Shown here one piece after another: positions 18,170 to 30,733 of a stretch of DNA of 64,000 nt. Location of the stretch: positions 22,138,709-22,202,708 of the forward strand of contig CM119264.1 in NCBI GenBank assembly GCA_051294375.1. The letters are read 5' to 3'. The notes beneath the pieces were generated by a model. That model made no database searches. It saw only the letters and a list, made by a program, of their open reading frames with translations, and was not told where the DNA came from. Position 1 is the stretch's first letter, and each line of letters opens with the position of its first letter. The position numbers and the translations under genes were made by a program. The stretch is from Paraspadella gotoi (taxonomy: Eukaryota; Animalia; Chaetognatha).

Positions 18170-18350
18170 AGGCCTTTTGGTTGGGAAAATAGGCTTTTTA
18201 GTCGGAGAAAAAACAGCCATTTTGTTGGGAAATAGGCTTTAGTCGGAGATAAAAGGCCTTTTTGGTTGGGAAAAATAGGCTTTTTAATCGGAGAAAAAAA
18301 GCCTTTTTGGTTGGGAAAAATAGGCTTTTTAGATCGGGAGAAAAGGCCTT
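18170..18350. repeat. About 46-bp minisatellite, about 4 units (second array at about 25289-25480)
   Basis: Unit GGCCTTTTTGGTTGGGAAAAATAGGCTTTTTAGTCGGAGAAAAAA. Confidence 0.85.
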
Positions 18351-18612
18351 TTGGATCATCGACGCGATGAAGTCACTGCCCGAGAAAACTGGCCGATTAT
18401 TTGAAGAATATGGACGACGAATTTCACGCCGAATTTCACGCCTGGAGGAAAGACTTCGGGTAGTAATAGAGAGGGTCATGGCAAAGCCTTCTGCAAACTC
18501 TGCGATCATTTGCACCGAACGAGCAATAACCCTCCAAGTGGTACGAAAAGCTTCGTGACAATTGTCAGAGGAAGACCAATGCTATCCAAATCTAATCACG
18601 TGGGCGAATTGA
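18351..18612 (+). pseudogene. Alpha-1,3-fucosyltransferase (GT10) C-terminal fragment, frameshifted, copy 1
   Basis: IIDAMK/HCPRKLADYLKNMDDEFHAEFHAWRKDF...KP(F)CKLCDHLH resembles the GT10 C-terminal pattern F.SPK.LA.YL..LD...Y..YF.WR...FC.LC..L; several indels. Confidence 0.65.
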
Positions 18613-19793
18613 TTGAATGAAGTTTGAGTCAAATTATTTTATTTTCGGTACATTGCTTGTTTGTTTACTTTGAATGTTTGGGTGTAAAGTAAAAATGTTT
18701 GAGTATAGAGCATTACCCATTTGCAGTTGGTTTCTTTTATTTCTTTTATACTGAAATAGAGTCGCTCACCAAACTGGAATAGAATTTAAAATACTTTTTA
18801 TACATATGTTAAAATTAATTGGAGGATTATATCTCGAAAAGGGAAGGAACCAGAAAAAGAAACCCGGACGTCGGGTAGGCAATGAGAATGTCATTCTTCA
18901 AAATAACCTTTTTCGACGAAACTTATTGGAATTATTTTTTCATTATCACGTAATAGGCAAGACAGTCCTTCAGTTTTTCCTATCTCAAAAAGTCGACCTT
19001 TAGGCAAAAAATAGAATCATAATTATTCATGCCCAAAAAATGGAAACTGGTTATCAAGAAAACACAAAGAATAACATAAGTTGAAAAATGCTTTGTTGTC
19101 AGAGCAAAAAACAAGCATTTGTCTCTGCATGAATCCGTAATGAGATTGAGAGAGAGAGAGTAAGAGAGAAGAAGAGAGAGGAGAGAGAGCAGTCACGTGT
19201 TAAATTTCCAGAGAGAGCGTATTATGTTTTAGGTACGCGACGAGTTGGTGCATACTTAGCTTAAAAAATCATAACTTGGGATTTGGTTAGGATTTTTAAT
19301 TACACATAATTAATTACACAAAGCTTGCTGGGACCTGCTATGTCATTATCTTGTAAGAGTGATGGAGGCCTTAAACCACCAAAGCCTGTCCAAAGTCAGG
19401 GGCAAGATAGCTTATTTATTAAATGAATGGATAATTTTAATATTGGTTGTACCAATTTCATATGAAAAATGTACTTGTTTTTATGGTCACAATCGTGATC
19501 AGTATTAACGGTTCACCCAAAATTTAAAAGTGACAAGTCTTAATAAATATAAGCGATTATCTAATTCTAAGAAAAATGAATGAAAAAGAATGACAAAAGA
19601 AAGATATGTTTCTCTAAGATATGTTTTCTCTGAGAACGCATCGGGGGAGCGAATCTTAAAAAAAAAATAAAGAAAATCCGAATAAGAAAAAAAGAAAGAA
19701 ATAAAAACCCAACAGAAACTATAAATCATAGTTTGCACGAGGACGCAACCATTAGTCATCTCCAACGATGAGCAAAGTATTTTAATTTCCTCC

Positions 19794-19886
<93 letters not shown>

Positions 19887-20979
19887 TTCTCTCTATCCAA
19901 TTTTTTCTCTTCTCTTCATCTTTTATCTGTACGTAAGTTCCTATTGCACTCTTTCACTTGCTCTTTTTTATTTCCTCCCGATTATCCTTCTTATCTTTAT
20001 TAAAAAAATAGGAAAAAAAAAACTTCTTGGGATGAAAAACGGAACATATTTTCCTACAAATATGAAAATATCGTGGGTGCGCAGATTTCCGCATCAAAAG
20101 ATCTCAGCATCAGTCACATCCATCGCATCGCAGCTCTCGTCAAAGGCCGCAAAAAAAAAAAAAACAATTGAAAGCACGAGACACTTTACCCTTCAAGTCA
20201 ACATCCGCATGGCATTGGCAGAGACAAATAGCAAAGACGAAAAGCAGTAATAAAAGCAGAAAGCGGAAGGCAGATGGCGGAAGGCCAACAAAACAGCAAC
20301 AGCATGGGGAAATCGCGATGGTGGCAAAAGAGGAAAAGGCAATTTCTGAAGCGTCTTTTCCGGCCGTTCCCCTTCCCGCCCCTCCTACCCTCCGGCGTTC
20401 GGCCCTCCAGCCTTCCACCACTTCCACCTCTCCCCTCTCAAAAATGTTGCGCTTTTTCTCTGAGAAATCCATAAAACGATTCTCGTCCAATTTTGGTCTT
20501 TTATCCTCGGCCTCCTTCGCGGTTCTCGAAAATAAACGAGTTCCTTCTTTCTTTTCAATTCCATTCATCGATGCGTCGACAAAATCAAATTGTCGAGATG
20601 TAAAGGAAAATATGTTTTTGTTGCTAAAGAGATGGGATTGTTTGTTTGCAACTTCTAGTGTCGATTTCAATTTTTTTTTTAAGCCGAATTGATTTTCGTA
20701 AACAGATGGATTTTTTTAATTAAATATTAAACTTAAGAATGAATCGAAATTGAAGTGAAAAGCTCTGGATTTAAAGATTTAAAGACTGCAACGCTTTCCA
20801 AGCAATATCACTGCCACACGGTTGCTGATACTGAAACAAATAATGCGTATCTTATTTGCGAAACTATTTTTCTTTCTTCGCCTCTAGTTATTTTCTGTCA
20901 ACGCATATTTCGACTGAAAAAATCCTTACCTTTTTGCGCGAGAAAAAACCCTGATTACGGACATTGAATCTTGTCTTCT

Positions 20980-22670
20980 AATATACGCCTTCGACTTAAC
21001 AGGTATCGTTTTTTCCGAATCCGGCTTTTGAACATCCCACATTCCGGTATTCTTTCCCTTCCTGTTCAATTTTTAATTTTTTTTTTTGAGACGATCAATA
21101 GGTTTTATTTCAAATAACGCTTACCCGTTTTAATCTACTGAGCAAGTTCATCGAAAATCATAAAAATATCTACTATCTTCCAATATCCATACTCGAAACC
21201 ACAATTATCGGAACCTGGTCTTAACTCCCCCGCTGCCCAGTCTTTCACAAGAGAAAAAAAACAATACTTTAGAGTTGTAAAGGAATTCAATTAGTTACTC
21301 GCAAATTCGCCAGGATATTTTTTTAATTCCGAACCAGAGAGTGGTCTGTTTGTTTTTGTTGTTTTTTTTTTTTAGGGGAGTGGTAAACAATTTGTGACGC
21401 TCATGAGAAGATATCGCGGGTATTGGATTTAATAGATGGAAGTCTTAAAATATGCTAACGAAGCCAAATAATACGGAAAAGGAAGCGCTTTTATTACATT
21501 GAAAGTTAAAATTCAAAACAAATAACAACCAATTCTGCCATCCCACATCGGTTCCGTCGATGTCAATTGAGATTCATTAATTCTCGAACATGAAGAGTTA
21601 CATTGTATTTTTCTTTTACACATAGAGTCCTAATTTGATATTATATCGTTAAATAAATACTAAGAATTCACACTGAAACCACTCCATCCAAATTATTCAC
21701 ATTCAGAAAGACATTTTGATTTCGACCACAGTGGGGTTTCTCCAAGAATTCACCTGGTTTTTTTTTTTTTTTTTTCAATGTTCCAATTGAATCGAAAACA
21801 GCTCAACTCCCTGATGCATGGATTTTTGCGTGACTTTGGCTTTGACCGAAGGCACTTGCCGTCCCCTCGTGAGGCGGGCAGTGACATAGGACTTGGGAGA
21901 CCCGTAGATTTGAGATCGTTGTACGCAGCCTGTCTGCACTTACGTTCTAAATTAGAAAAAGAGAACATCGCTCTGTTCTCCGAGAAAAGCGAAAGTTGTC
22001 CAAGGACCTATGTGGAGACACCAATGTGTAGGCTCTCGCAAAGAATAACGATCGTGATTTTAACTCTTGTATTCTGTAGCACCTCGTTCCCGTGCGCAAC
22101 GTGTATTTAAAATAAACTCACTCGTTTTCTTGCTCGCATTTGGATGTTTCCACTGCATAAATCTTCATGTATTAAGGAAAAAAGATTCTTTGCATCGATT
22201 GAGTACTTTCTCATGCCAATCTAATGATATTATGGAAAACTACAGCCAGATGCCTTGGAACTAGATCACCGAACCCTATTATAGTTTGTATATACGTAAT
22301 GATAGAATGAGATTATAATAAGAAACGTATCGGTATTGATAAGTGATGACCTATTCGTTAATACACTGAGAAACAACCAAGTTCAATATTCAAAACGACC
22401 TCCAGAAATTCTCTACTGTAAATTGTTTTATGTCCCACTTTGAAAAAAAAGATAAATTTTTAAATTAACGGCGAATTCTCTTGTGGTCGTATTTTTAATT
22501 CGCATAGTATGGGAGGTGACCGTGGATGTGAATCTGTTAGCGTACAGCGACACGAGATTATTTCTTCCCAAAGACGCAAGAACCAGACGACGCTAAAATG
22601 TCTAAGAAGGACGTAGCGGGTTGGTTTCGAGAAAACGCCGGAGCTTGCCTCCAACAGAGGGGACGCCCAA
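20980..22670 (-). repeat. Degraded inverted copy of the repeat that hosts the MITE and TRIM, lacking both insertions
   Basis: Reverse complement matches about 10460-11420 and 14890-15285 with many small indels. Confidence 0.8.
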
Positions 22671-22685
22671 CTCTTCTCCTTTTCA

Positions 22686-22972
22686 ATGGCCGCTTATTCC
22701 GTCGTGATCACGTTCTTCTTTAGGGTGAGAAATTTGGTTTTAAATTACAAATTTGTTTTCACCATTAATAAACAACTTTCAAGAAGAATTTTTAAAGTAA
22801 ATGATAATACATCCTTCCTCCTTCTATCCTTCCTTCCTTCGCTTCCTTCGCTCCTTCCTTCCTCCTTTCCTTCTTCTTTCTTCCTTCCATCATTCCTTCC
22901 TTCCTTATCAGTTATATTTAAAATTATCACTATTTACAACATATAACTTTTCCAGCGAAGTTTATCTCCTTG
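22686..22972 (+). pseudogene. Truncated copy of the 5' end of the secreted-protein gene (exon 1, intron 1, start of exon 2)
   Basis: MAAYSVVITF start and TTCC-repeat intron match 28570-28870; similarity stops at tctccttgg, where the copy joins the large duplicated block. Confidence 0.6.
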
Positions 22973-23546
22973 GGACTGGGTTCGACGACGTGAAAAATAT
23001 CCTTGTTACTGCACTAAAAAAAGGGTATCAGCACTCAACAGTAGAAGAGACAACATGCTTATTAAAAATTGAGAAAATATATATATGTATGTATGTATGT
23101 ATGTATATGTATGTTTAGAATTAATTTGAATTCTTTTTTTGGACTCACTTTGCGAAATTCCGAGGCATTGAGCGAATGATTGCTCTTTTGTTGCCACTTT
23201 TTTCTTTTTTTCTCTAAAGGAGCAAAAAAAAACAGGAAAAAGATTGAGTTTTTTCCTTTTTTCCTCGGGACTGCTTATGACATAATTCACTTCCCAAAAC
23301 CCGTAAAAAACACTGAAACGAGAAAAAGAGAGACAGAGAGCGAGGTTGAGAAAGAGAGAAAAAGAGTGAAAAAAAAGAGAGAGAAAGAGAGAGCAACAAA
23401 CACTTTGTTATCCAAAGACTCTCATGGGAAAAACTTTTTTAAAGCTCCAACCCTTCCTATGAACACTTTAGCCTTACAGTTGTGGCCGAGCAGGCTAAAG
23501 AGAGTGAAAAAAGATAAAGAAAGATAAAGAGGGACAGAGTCAAGAA

Positions 23547-23611
<65 letters not shown>

Positions 23612-25096
23612 CATAATTTTGCCAATGATCGAGGCGAGATGAAAAAAATAGAATTGATGGAAAATAAAAAAAGTGGTGAAACTTGGCCTCACCACTCACC
23701 ACTCACCACACCACCTCACCACTTACCACTTATCCAGATCGGAGGAACTAGAGTCTTGTGCAAAAAAAAATAGGAATCCCTGTAACATTGTTCAAATAAA
23801 TCTTGTTAAAACTTTTATTATGAAAGATATTTTCGGTAATAATGTTGATAGAAAAGGGAAAATTATTGGTGCTACTTAATCCTTTTCTAGAAAAGTAACT
23901 ACTCAAACAGAGTATTAGCGTTTAGGGTATTTTAGCTCTTAAATGACAATTCCGATTTTTTTTACTTACACATATTGATTCCTCTTAAAAATCCACATTT
24001 CCCATTCTTATTTTTTTTTTTATGATACATGGATACAACGCCCCAAAAATCAGGCTGAATGGCATCCTTGGTTTTTTGCAGATCTTCACAATAGTTTTTT
24101 CTTATTTTGTTTTTGACCAATTGTCTTTCGGGTGCTATAGCTTTTGCAATTCGACATATTTTCTTTAATCTCACATATATGAATTCCCCTTTTAAAAATC
24201 TACATTTACCATTTAAAATATTTATAATACATGCATGAAACACGCTCAATTTAAGATTTAATAGTGTCCTGTTTTTTTTTGCACAAGACTGTATTTAAGG
24301 TTTGTGTGTAAGACGGAGTGAAAACAAGATCCAGTCCCAAAATGAACCATAGTCACGGCTCTAGTTAATTAAATCCTTTAATGCCTGAACTTCTCTTTCA
24401 TTACTCTATTTTCCTTTAATTTCTTTCATTATTTCGCAAATGTAATATTTTCAAATTTCTATCTCGATTTTATTCTCGACTCGTCCTCCTCCGAGTCCTT
24501 CGCCTCTTTTTAATGTGATGTGATGTGAGTTCGATTACAAACAGATAGACGGACAATTGAACGTACCCACAGATCGAAAATCGAGATACATTGAGTCGCG
24601 GGTAAAGCCGTGAATATAAAAAAGATAAATAAAAAGAGATAACAATGTAAATTTAACTGAAAATTGTCTTTAAATTAAAAACAGAAAAAAATTAAGACGT
24701 CAAAATGTGCGCCCAACGACCTAACCTGTTTTATCATTATAAATATAATGAGTTCTTTGACAACACAAATCTCGAAAACACTTCAAAATGACTCGGTCGA
24801 GGCATAACTTTCATTTTATCATTTGCCTGGTATTCATACTTAGAATGATAATTTAAATAATAATAATATTGTATCGAATTATTTCGTTTCATTGTGTTTG
24901 AGGTCATTGAAGAGAGATAAAAAAATTGTAAGGCAATGGTTTTGTTTTATTTGGAACTCATCGTTTCAGAGAATCGACTTATTTATAAATTGGCAAGTCT
25001 TCATCAGCGTTTGAAAACAGATTTGTGAAGAGAGAGAGAAAGAGAAAGAGTGAAAACAGGTCAGTCTCGCTCGTGGGACGAGAAAAAAAAATAATA

Positions 25097-25151
<55 letters not shown>

Positions 25152-25480
25152 CTGAATCGGAACTGACTTTTGATTTATTCTTTAAGTCTGAATTTTCAAT
25201 CTTTATGCATGAGAGTCACGCGGTCGCGAAGAAACCAGCAGCGTTCGAAGGAGAGTCGCAAATGAGAGCGAGAGCAAAGGAGATGAGAGGCCTTTTTGGT
25301 TGGGGAAAAATAGGCTTTTTAGTCGGAGAAAAAAAGCCATTTTGGTTGGGGAAAAATAGGCTTTTTAGTCGGAGAAAAAAAGGCCTTTTTGGTTGGGGAA
25401 AAATAGGCTTTTTAATCGGAGAAAAAAAAGCCTTTTTGGTTGAGGAAAAATAGGCTTTTTAGTCGGGAGAAAAAGGCCTT

Positions 25481-25746
25481 TTGGATCATCGACGCGATGA
25501 AGTCACTGCCCGAGAAAACTGGCCGATTATTTGAAGAATATGGACGACGAATTTCACGCCGAATTTCACGCCTGGAGGAAAGACTTCGCGGTAGTAATAG
25601 AGAGGGTCATGGCAAAGCCTTTCTGCAAACTCTGCGATCATTTGCACCGAACGAGCAATAACCCTCCCAAGTGGTACGAAAAGCTTCGTGACAATTGGTC
25701 AGAGGAAGACCAATGCTATCCAAATCTAATCACGTGGGCGAATTGA
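25481..25746 (+). pseudogene. Alpha-1,3-fucosyltransferase (GT10) C-terminal fragment, copy 2
   Basis: Open frame HCPRKLADYLKNMDDEFHAEFHAWRKDFAVVIERVMAKPFCKLCDHLHRTSNNPPKWYEKLRDNWSEEDQCYPNLITWAN*; same upstream frameshift as copy 1; the 5' side abuts a minisatellite. Confidence 0.72.
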
Positions 25747-26928
25747 TTGAATGAAGTTTGAGTCAAATTATTTTATTTTCGGTACATTGCTTGTTTGTTT
25801 ACTTTGAATGTTTGGGTGTAAAGTAAAAATGTTTGAGTATAGAGCATTACCCATTTGCAGTTGGTTTCTTTTATTTCTTTTATACTGAAATAGAGTCCTC
25901 ACCAAAACTGGAATAGAATTTAAAATACTTTTTATACATATGTTAAAATTAATTGGAGGATTATATCTCGAAAAGGGAAGGAACCAGAAAAGAAACCCGG
26001 ACGTCGGGTAGGCAATGAGAAGTCATTCTTCAAAATAACCTTTTTCGACGAACTTATTGGAATTATTTTTCATTATCACGTAATAGGCAAGACAGTCTTC
26101 AGTTTTTCCTATCTCAAAAAGTCGACCTTTAGGCAAAAAATAGAAATCATAATTATTCATGCCCAAAAAATGGAAACTGGTTATCAAGAAAAACAAAAGA
26201 ATAACATAAGTTGAAAAAATGCTTTGTTGTCAGAGCAAAAACAAAGCATTTGTCTCTGCATGAATCCGTAATGAGATTGAGAGAGAGAGAGTAAGAGAGA
26301 GAGAGAGAGAGAGAGAGAGCAGTCACGTGTTAAATTTCCAGAGAGAGCGTATTATGTTTTAGGTACGCGACGAGTTGGTGCATACTTAGCTTAAAAAATC
26401 ATAACTTGGGATTTGGTTAGGATTTTTAATTACACATAATTAATTACACAAAGCTTGCTGGGACCTGCTATGTCATTATCTTGTAAGAGTGATGGAGGCC
26501 TTAAACCACCAAAGCCTGTCCAAAGTCAGGGGCAAGATAGCTTATTTATTAAATGAATGGATAATTTTTATATTGGTTGTACCAATTTCATATGAAAAAT
26601 GTACTTGTTTTTATGGTCACAATCGGTGATCAGTATTAACGGTTCACCCAAAATTTAAAAGTGACAAAGTCTTAATAAAATATAAGCGATTATCTAATTC
26701 TAAGAAAAATGAATGAAAAAGAATGACAAAAGAAAAGATATGTTTTCTCTAAGATATGTTTTCTCTGAGAACGCATCGGGGGAGCGAATCTTAAAAAAAA
26801 AAATAAAGAAAATCCGAATAAGAAAAAAAGAAAGAAATAAAACCCAACAGAAACTATAAATCATAGTTTGCACGAGGACGCAACCATTAGTCATCTCCAA
26901 CGATGAGCAAAGTATTTTAATTTCCTCC

Positions 26929-27020
<92 letters not shown>

Positions 27021-28569
27021 TTCTCTCTATCCCAATTTTTCTCTTCTCTTTCATCTTTTATCTGTACGTAAGTTCCTATTGCACTCTTTCACTTGCTCTT
27101 TTTTATTTCCTCCCGATTATCCTTCTTATCCTTTATTAAAAAAATAGGAAAAAAAAAAACTTCTTGGGATGAAAAACGGAACCATATTTTCCTACAAATA
27201 TGAAAATATCGTGGGTGCGCAGATTTCCGCATCAAAAGATCTCAGCATCAGTCACATCCATCGCATCGCAGCTCTCGTCAAAAGGCCGCAAAAAAAAAAA
27301 AACAATTGAAAGCAACGAGAACATATTACCCAAGTCAACATCCGCATGGCATTGGCAGAGACAAATAGCAAAGACGAAAAGCAGTAATAAAAGCAGAAAG
27401 CGGAAGGCAGATGGCGGAAGGCAACAAAACAGCAACAGCATGGGGAAATCGCGATGGTGGCAAAAGAGGAAAAGGCAATTCGTTGAAGCGTCTTTTCCGG
27501 CCGTTCCCCTTCCCGCCCCTCCTACCCTCCGGCGTTCCGGCCCTCCACCTTCCACCACTTCCACCTCTCCCCTCTCAAAAATGTTGCGCTTTTTTCTGAG
27601 AAATCCATAAAACGATTCTCGTCCAATTTTGGTCTTTTATCCTCGGCCTCCTTCGCGGTTCTCGAAAATAAACGAGTTCCTTCTTTCTTTTCAATTCCAT
27701 TCATCGATGCGTCGACAAAATCAAATTGTCGAGATGTAAAGGAAAATATGTTTTTGTTGCTAAGAGATGGGATTGTTTGTTTGCAACTTCTAGTGTCGAT
27801 TTCAATTTTTTTTTTAAGCCGAATTGATTTTCGTAAACAGATGGATTTTTTTTATTGAATATTAAACTTAAGAATGAATCGAAATTGAAGTGAAAAGCTC
27901 TGGATTTAAAGATTTAAAGACTGCAACGCTTTCAAGCATATCACTGCCACACGGTTGCTGATACTGAAACAAATAATGCGTATCTTATTTGCGAAAACTA
28001 TTTTTCTTCTTCGTCCTCTAGTTATTTTCTGTCAACGCATATTTCGACTGAAAAAATCCTTACCTTTTTGCGCGAGAAAAAACCCTGATTACGAATGAAA
28101 ATGATTCTGTATCACTCTCTCTTTATCTCTATTTCTTTCTCTCTCTCTCTCTCTCTCGTTCTCTCTCTCTCTCTCTCTCTTCCTCTCTCTCTCTCTCTCT
28201 CTCAAAAAGAAAAACCGATTCGTGATTATGTAAAGCTCCATTTAAACGTCGGAATAGGGAATTAATTTACTTTTTTTCTCGATTGTTTATTTGTTCTTTG
28301 AGATTCAAATTAATCTATAAACGAACCCTTTTGTTTGTTCGTATGATAATAGTAAAAGAAACGTTCGGGGTTTCGTGCCTTTCGCGAAAAACCAAGTCAA
28401 TATTCAAAAACGACCCTCCAGAAATTCTCTAGAAATTGTTTTATTTCCAACTTTGGAATAAAAGATAAATTTTAAATTCAACGGGATCTCTGCGTATTTT
28501 TCATTTGATTTGCCCGAAATTTTTCAAAAGAACCGCTCAAAGACGAAAAGACAATTTCTTCTTTTCAAA

Positions 28570-29503
28570 ATGGCCGCTTATTCCGTCGTGATCACGTTTC
28601 TTTTAGGGGTGAGAAATTTGGTTTTAAATTAACAAATTTGTTTTCACCATTTAATAAACAACTTTCAAGAAGAATTTTTAAAAGTAAATGATAATACTAT
28701 TCCTTCCTTCCTTCCTTCCTTCCTTCCTTCCTTCCTTCCTTCCTTCCTTCCTTCCTTCCTTCCTTCCTTCTTTCCTTCCTTCCATCATTCCTTCCTTCCT
28801 TATCAGTTATATTTAAAATTATCACTATTTTACAACATATAACCTTTTCCGCGAAGTTTATCTCCTTGGAATTCGTGACGGCACAAGATCGATGGGGAGG
28901 ATTCAACGAAGGAATGCAAAGACTCGGTTACGTCTACGAAAACGCCAATCAAGATCAGGTGGGGGGTCATGACAGACTCTGACATGAGACGGTTTGCATC
29001 CAGCCAAATCATACGCACCGAACTCGTTGCAGCTTGGCAAACCGGTGGACCCGGCGCAAGAGGTCGTTGCAGAGCCTCCGACGCTCGGACCCATCGGGAC
29101 AATCATCGCTTCGACGGCCACCGATTTGGCGAACACAATCGTCGGGGCCTGTCCCAACATGTGCAATGAGATTTTGGCAGTGAGTCTTCGGATGGCCTAA
29201 AATATGAAAAAAAATTAAAAAGCTGGAAATTCTTAATATACTTTAAATATATACAAATTATAAACCTTGAATTAAAATTCAGAGAGTGACGGCGATAAAC
29301 CCGCCGATCGGCTCCTTCATGCAAGCCTTCATCAATTGCGAGGATTCCTGCGGGTTCTTTGAAGTAAATCCGAGTAGTTAATTAATAATTTTAATCATTT
29401 TTTAATAATGATAGCAATATTATGTAGACAGGTATGGTCGTGTTATTTCTTGGATTCCTCGCTTTGTTTCAGGGCGCGGTCAATTTCTCTCTCAACAAGA
29501 TGA
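28570..29503 (+). CDS. Small secreted Cys-containing protein of unknown family, about 146 aa, 5 exons
   Basis: Exons 28570-28608, 28857-28958, 29033-29179, 29283-29363, 29432-29503, all phase 0 GT-AG. They give signal peptide-like MAAYSVVITFLLGFISLEFVTA followed by QDRWGG...CPNMC...CEDSC...WSCYFLDSSLC...STR*. The last acceptor could alternatively start the exon at 29428. Confidence 0.72.
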
Positions 29504-30556
29504 AGAATTGCCGGATCCTGACTTGGTTCTGAGGTGGCGCCTTCACTCGGCGCCGAGAAGGAAGAAGACAAATGAATCGGCGTCGCGAAAAGGCGGAGTG
29601 AAACTCGTGTTTGGAAGAAAAAAAATAATCTTTTCCACTTTTTTCTCCCTTGTTTTCTAATTTTTCGTTTTAACTTTTTCTCGCTAATTTTTTGTTCTCT
29701 ATATTTTTTTTTCACTAATGTTATTTTTATCTTTTTACATCATTTCTGGTTCTGTCATTCTTCTTGATTTTTTTAAAAATCTTTTTACATATTTGCTATC
29801 ATATTAATAATACTCTCTTTTTGCTGTTCTCTGTTTCCCATTGCTTTTTTAGTTTTTTATTCATTTTTGCTCTTTTTTATTATTCTCTCTTTCCCATTGC
29901 TCTTTTTAGGCTTTTTTATTTTTGCTCTTTTCATTTTTGCCTCTTTCCCTTCTCCATTTTTGTTATCACTTTCCTATTGCTCTTTTTTTGTTCTCTCTTT
30001 CCCGTTGCTCTTTTTTTTTGTTCTCTCCTCGCGCCAAAAAGAGATTAAACGCGTTTCTCGTCTCAAAAACCAAAGTGAAGAAGAAGATTCTTCTCTGGCG
30101 CCGATTTACGCTCAATTTCGTTCCTTTTTCGAGTTTCGTGAAAAAAAAGAAGAAAAAAACACGAGGGGATTTAAGTGGTTTAGTTTTTATGGTGGTTTCT
30201 GTCTTTGTGGTTTGGGAAAAGGATGGGGGTTTCAGATAAAGAAATTGAGAAAAGAAAATTTTTTTGATTTGTCCGATAAATTTAAAAGTTTCTCGGAAAG
30301 GAATTTTTTTTTGTGTGAAAATATCGTAGACATTAGAAGCATCATTTAATATTTACACTACGGACGCCATATTGCAAAAAATAAAAACGATTTAAAATTT
30401 AATATTTCGCTCTCCGTTTTTATTACGATTTTTTAGGAAATTTCGTCGAGATGGAATTCATGTGAAATGCCTTTGAGTGAGAAAGAATGAGGAAGAGAGA
30501 GAGAGAGAAAGAGAGATAGAGAGAGAGAGAGAGAGAGAAAGAAAGACAGGCCCCCA

Positions 30557-30733
30557 TCACCACTCTGGATAACCCCCATGAAAGTTGACCCCAACATTGC
30601 CGAAGCCCCTCTCCTCGAGGGCGGCGACGGTTCGGGCAAAGACGTCGTCCGTCGGGTGCTCGGCGTCGATGTGGACGAGTTTGCCCGCTTCGTTGTAGTG
30701 GGCAACGACGGGCATCGTTTGGTCGTGGAAAGT
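30557..30733 (-). CDS. AK domain 3 terminal exon
   Basis: cag|[58 protein letters not shown]. Confidence 0.92.
   Translation of the reverse strand, partial: TFHDQTMPVVAHYNEAGKLVHIDAEHPTDDVFARTVAALEERGFGNVGVNFHGGYPEW

Larger units (their letters stand above)
15376..28092. repeat. Large direct duplication (about 15376-20960 / 22975-28092)
   Basis: Both copies start actgggttcgacgacgtgaaaaatatcc and end aaccctgattacg; 16200-18150 is an insertion-rich version of 23800-25280. Confidence 0.9.

Noticed and set aside
15376-28092. Highly diverged subregions (16200-18150, 21000-22650) as rapid evolution
   Set aside because: The insertion-dominated noise pattern fits raw long-read gap filling better.
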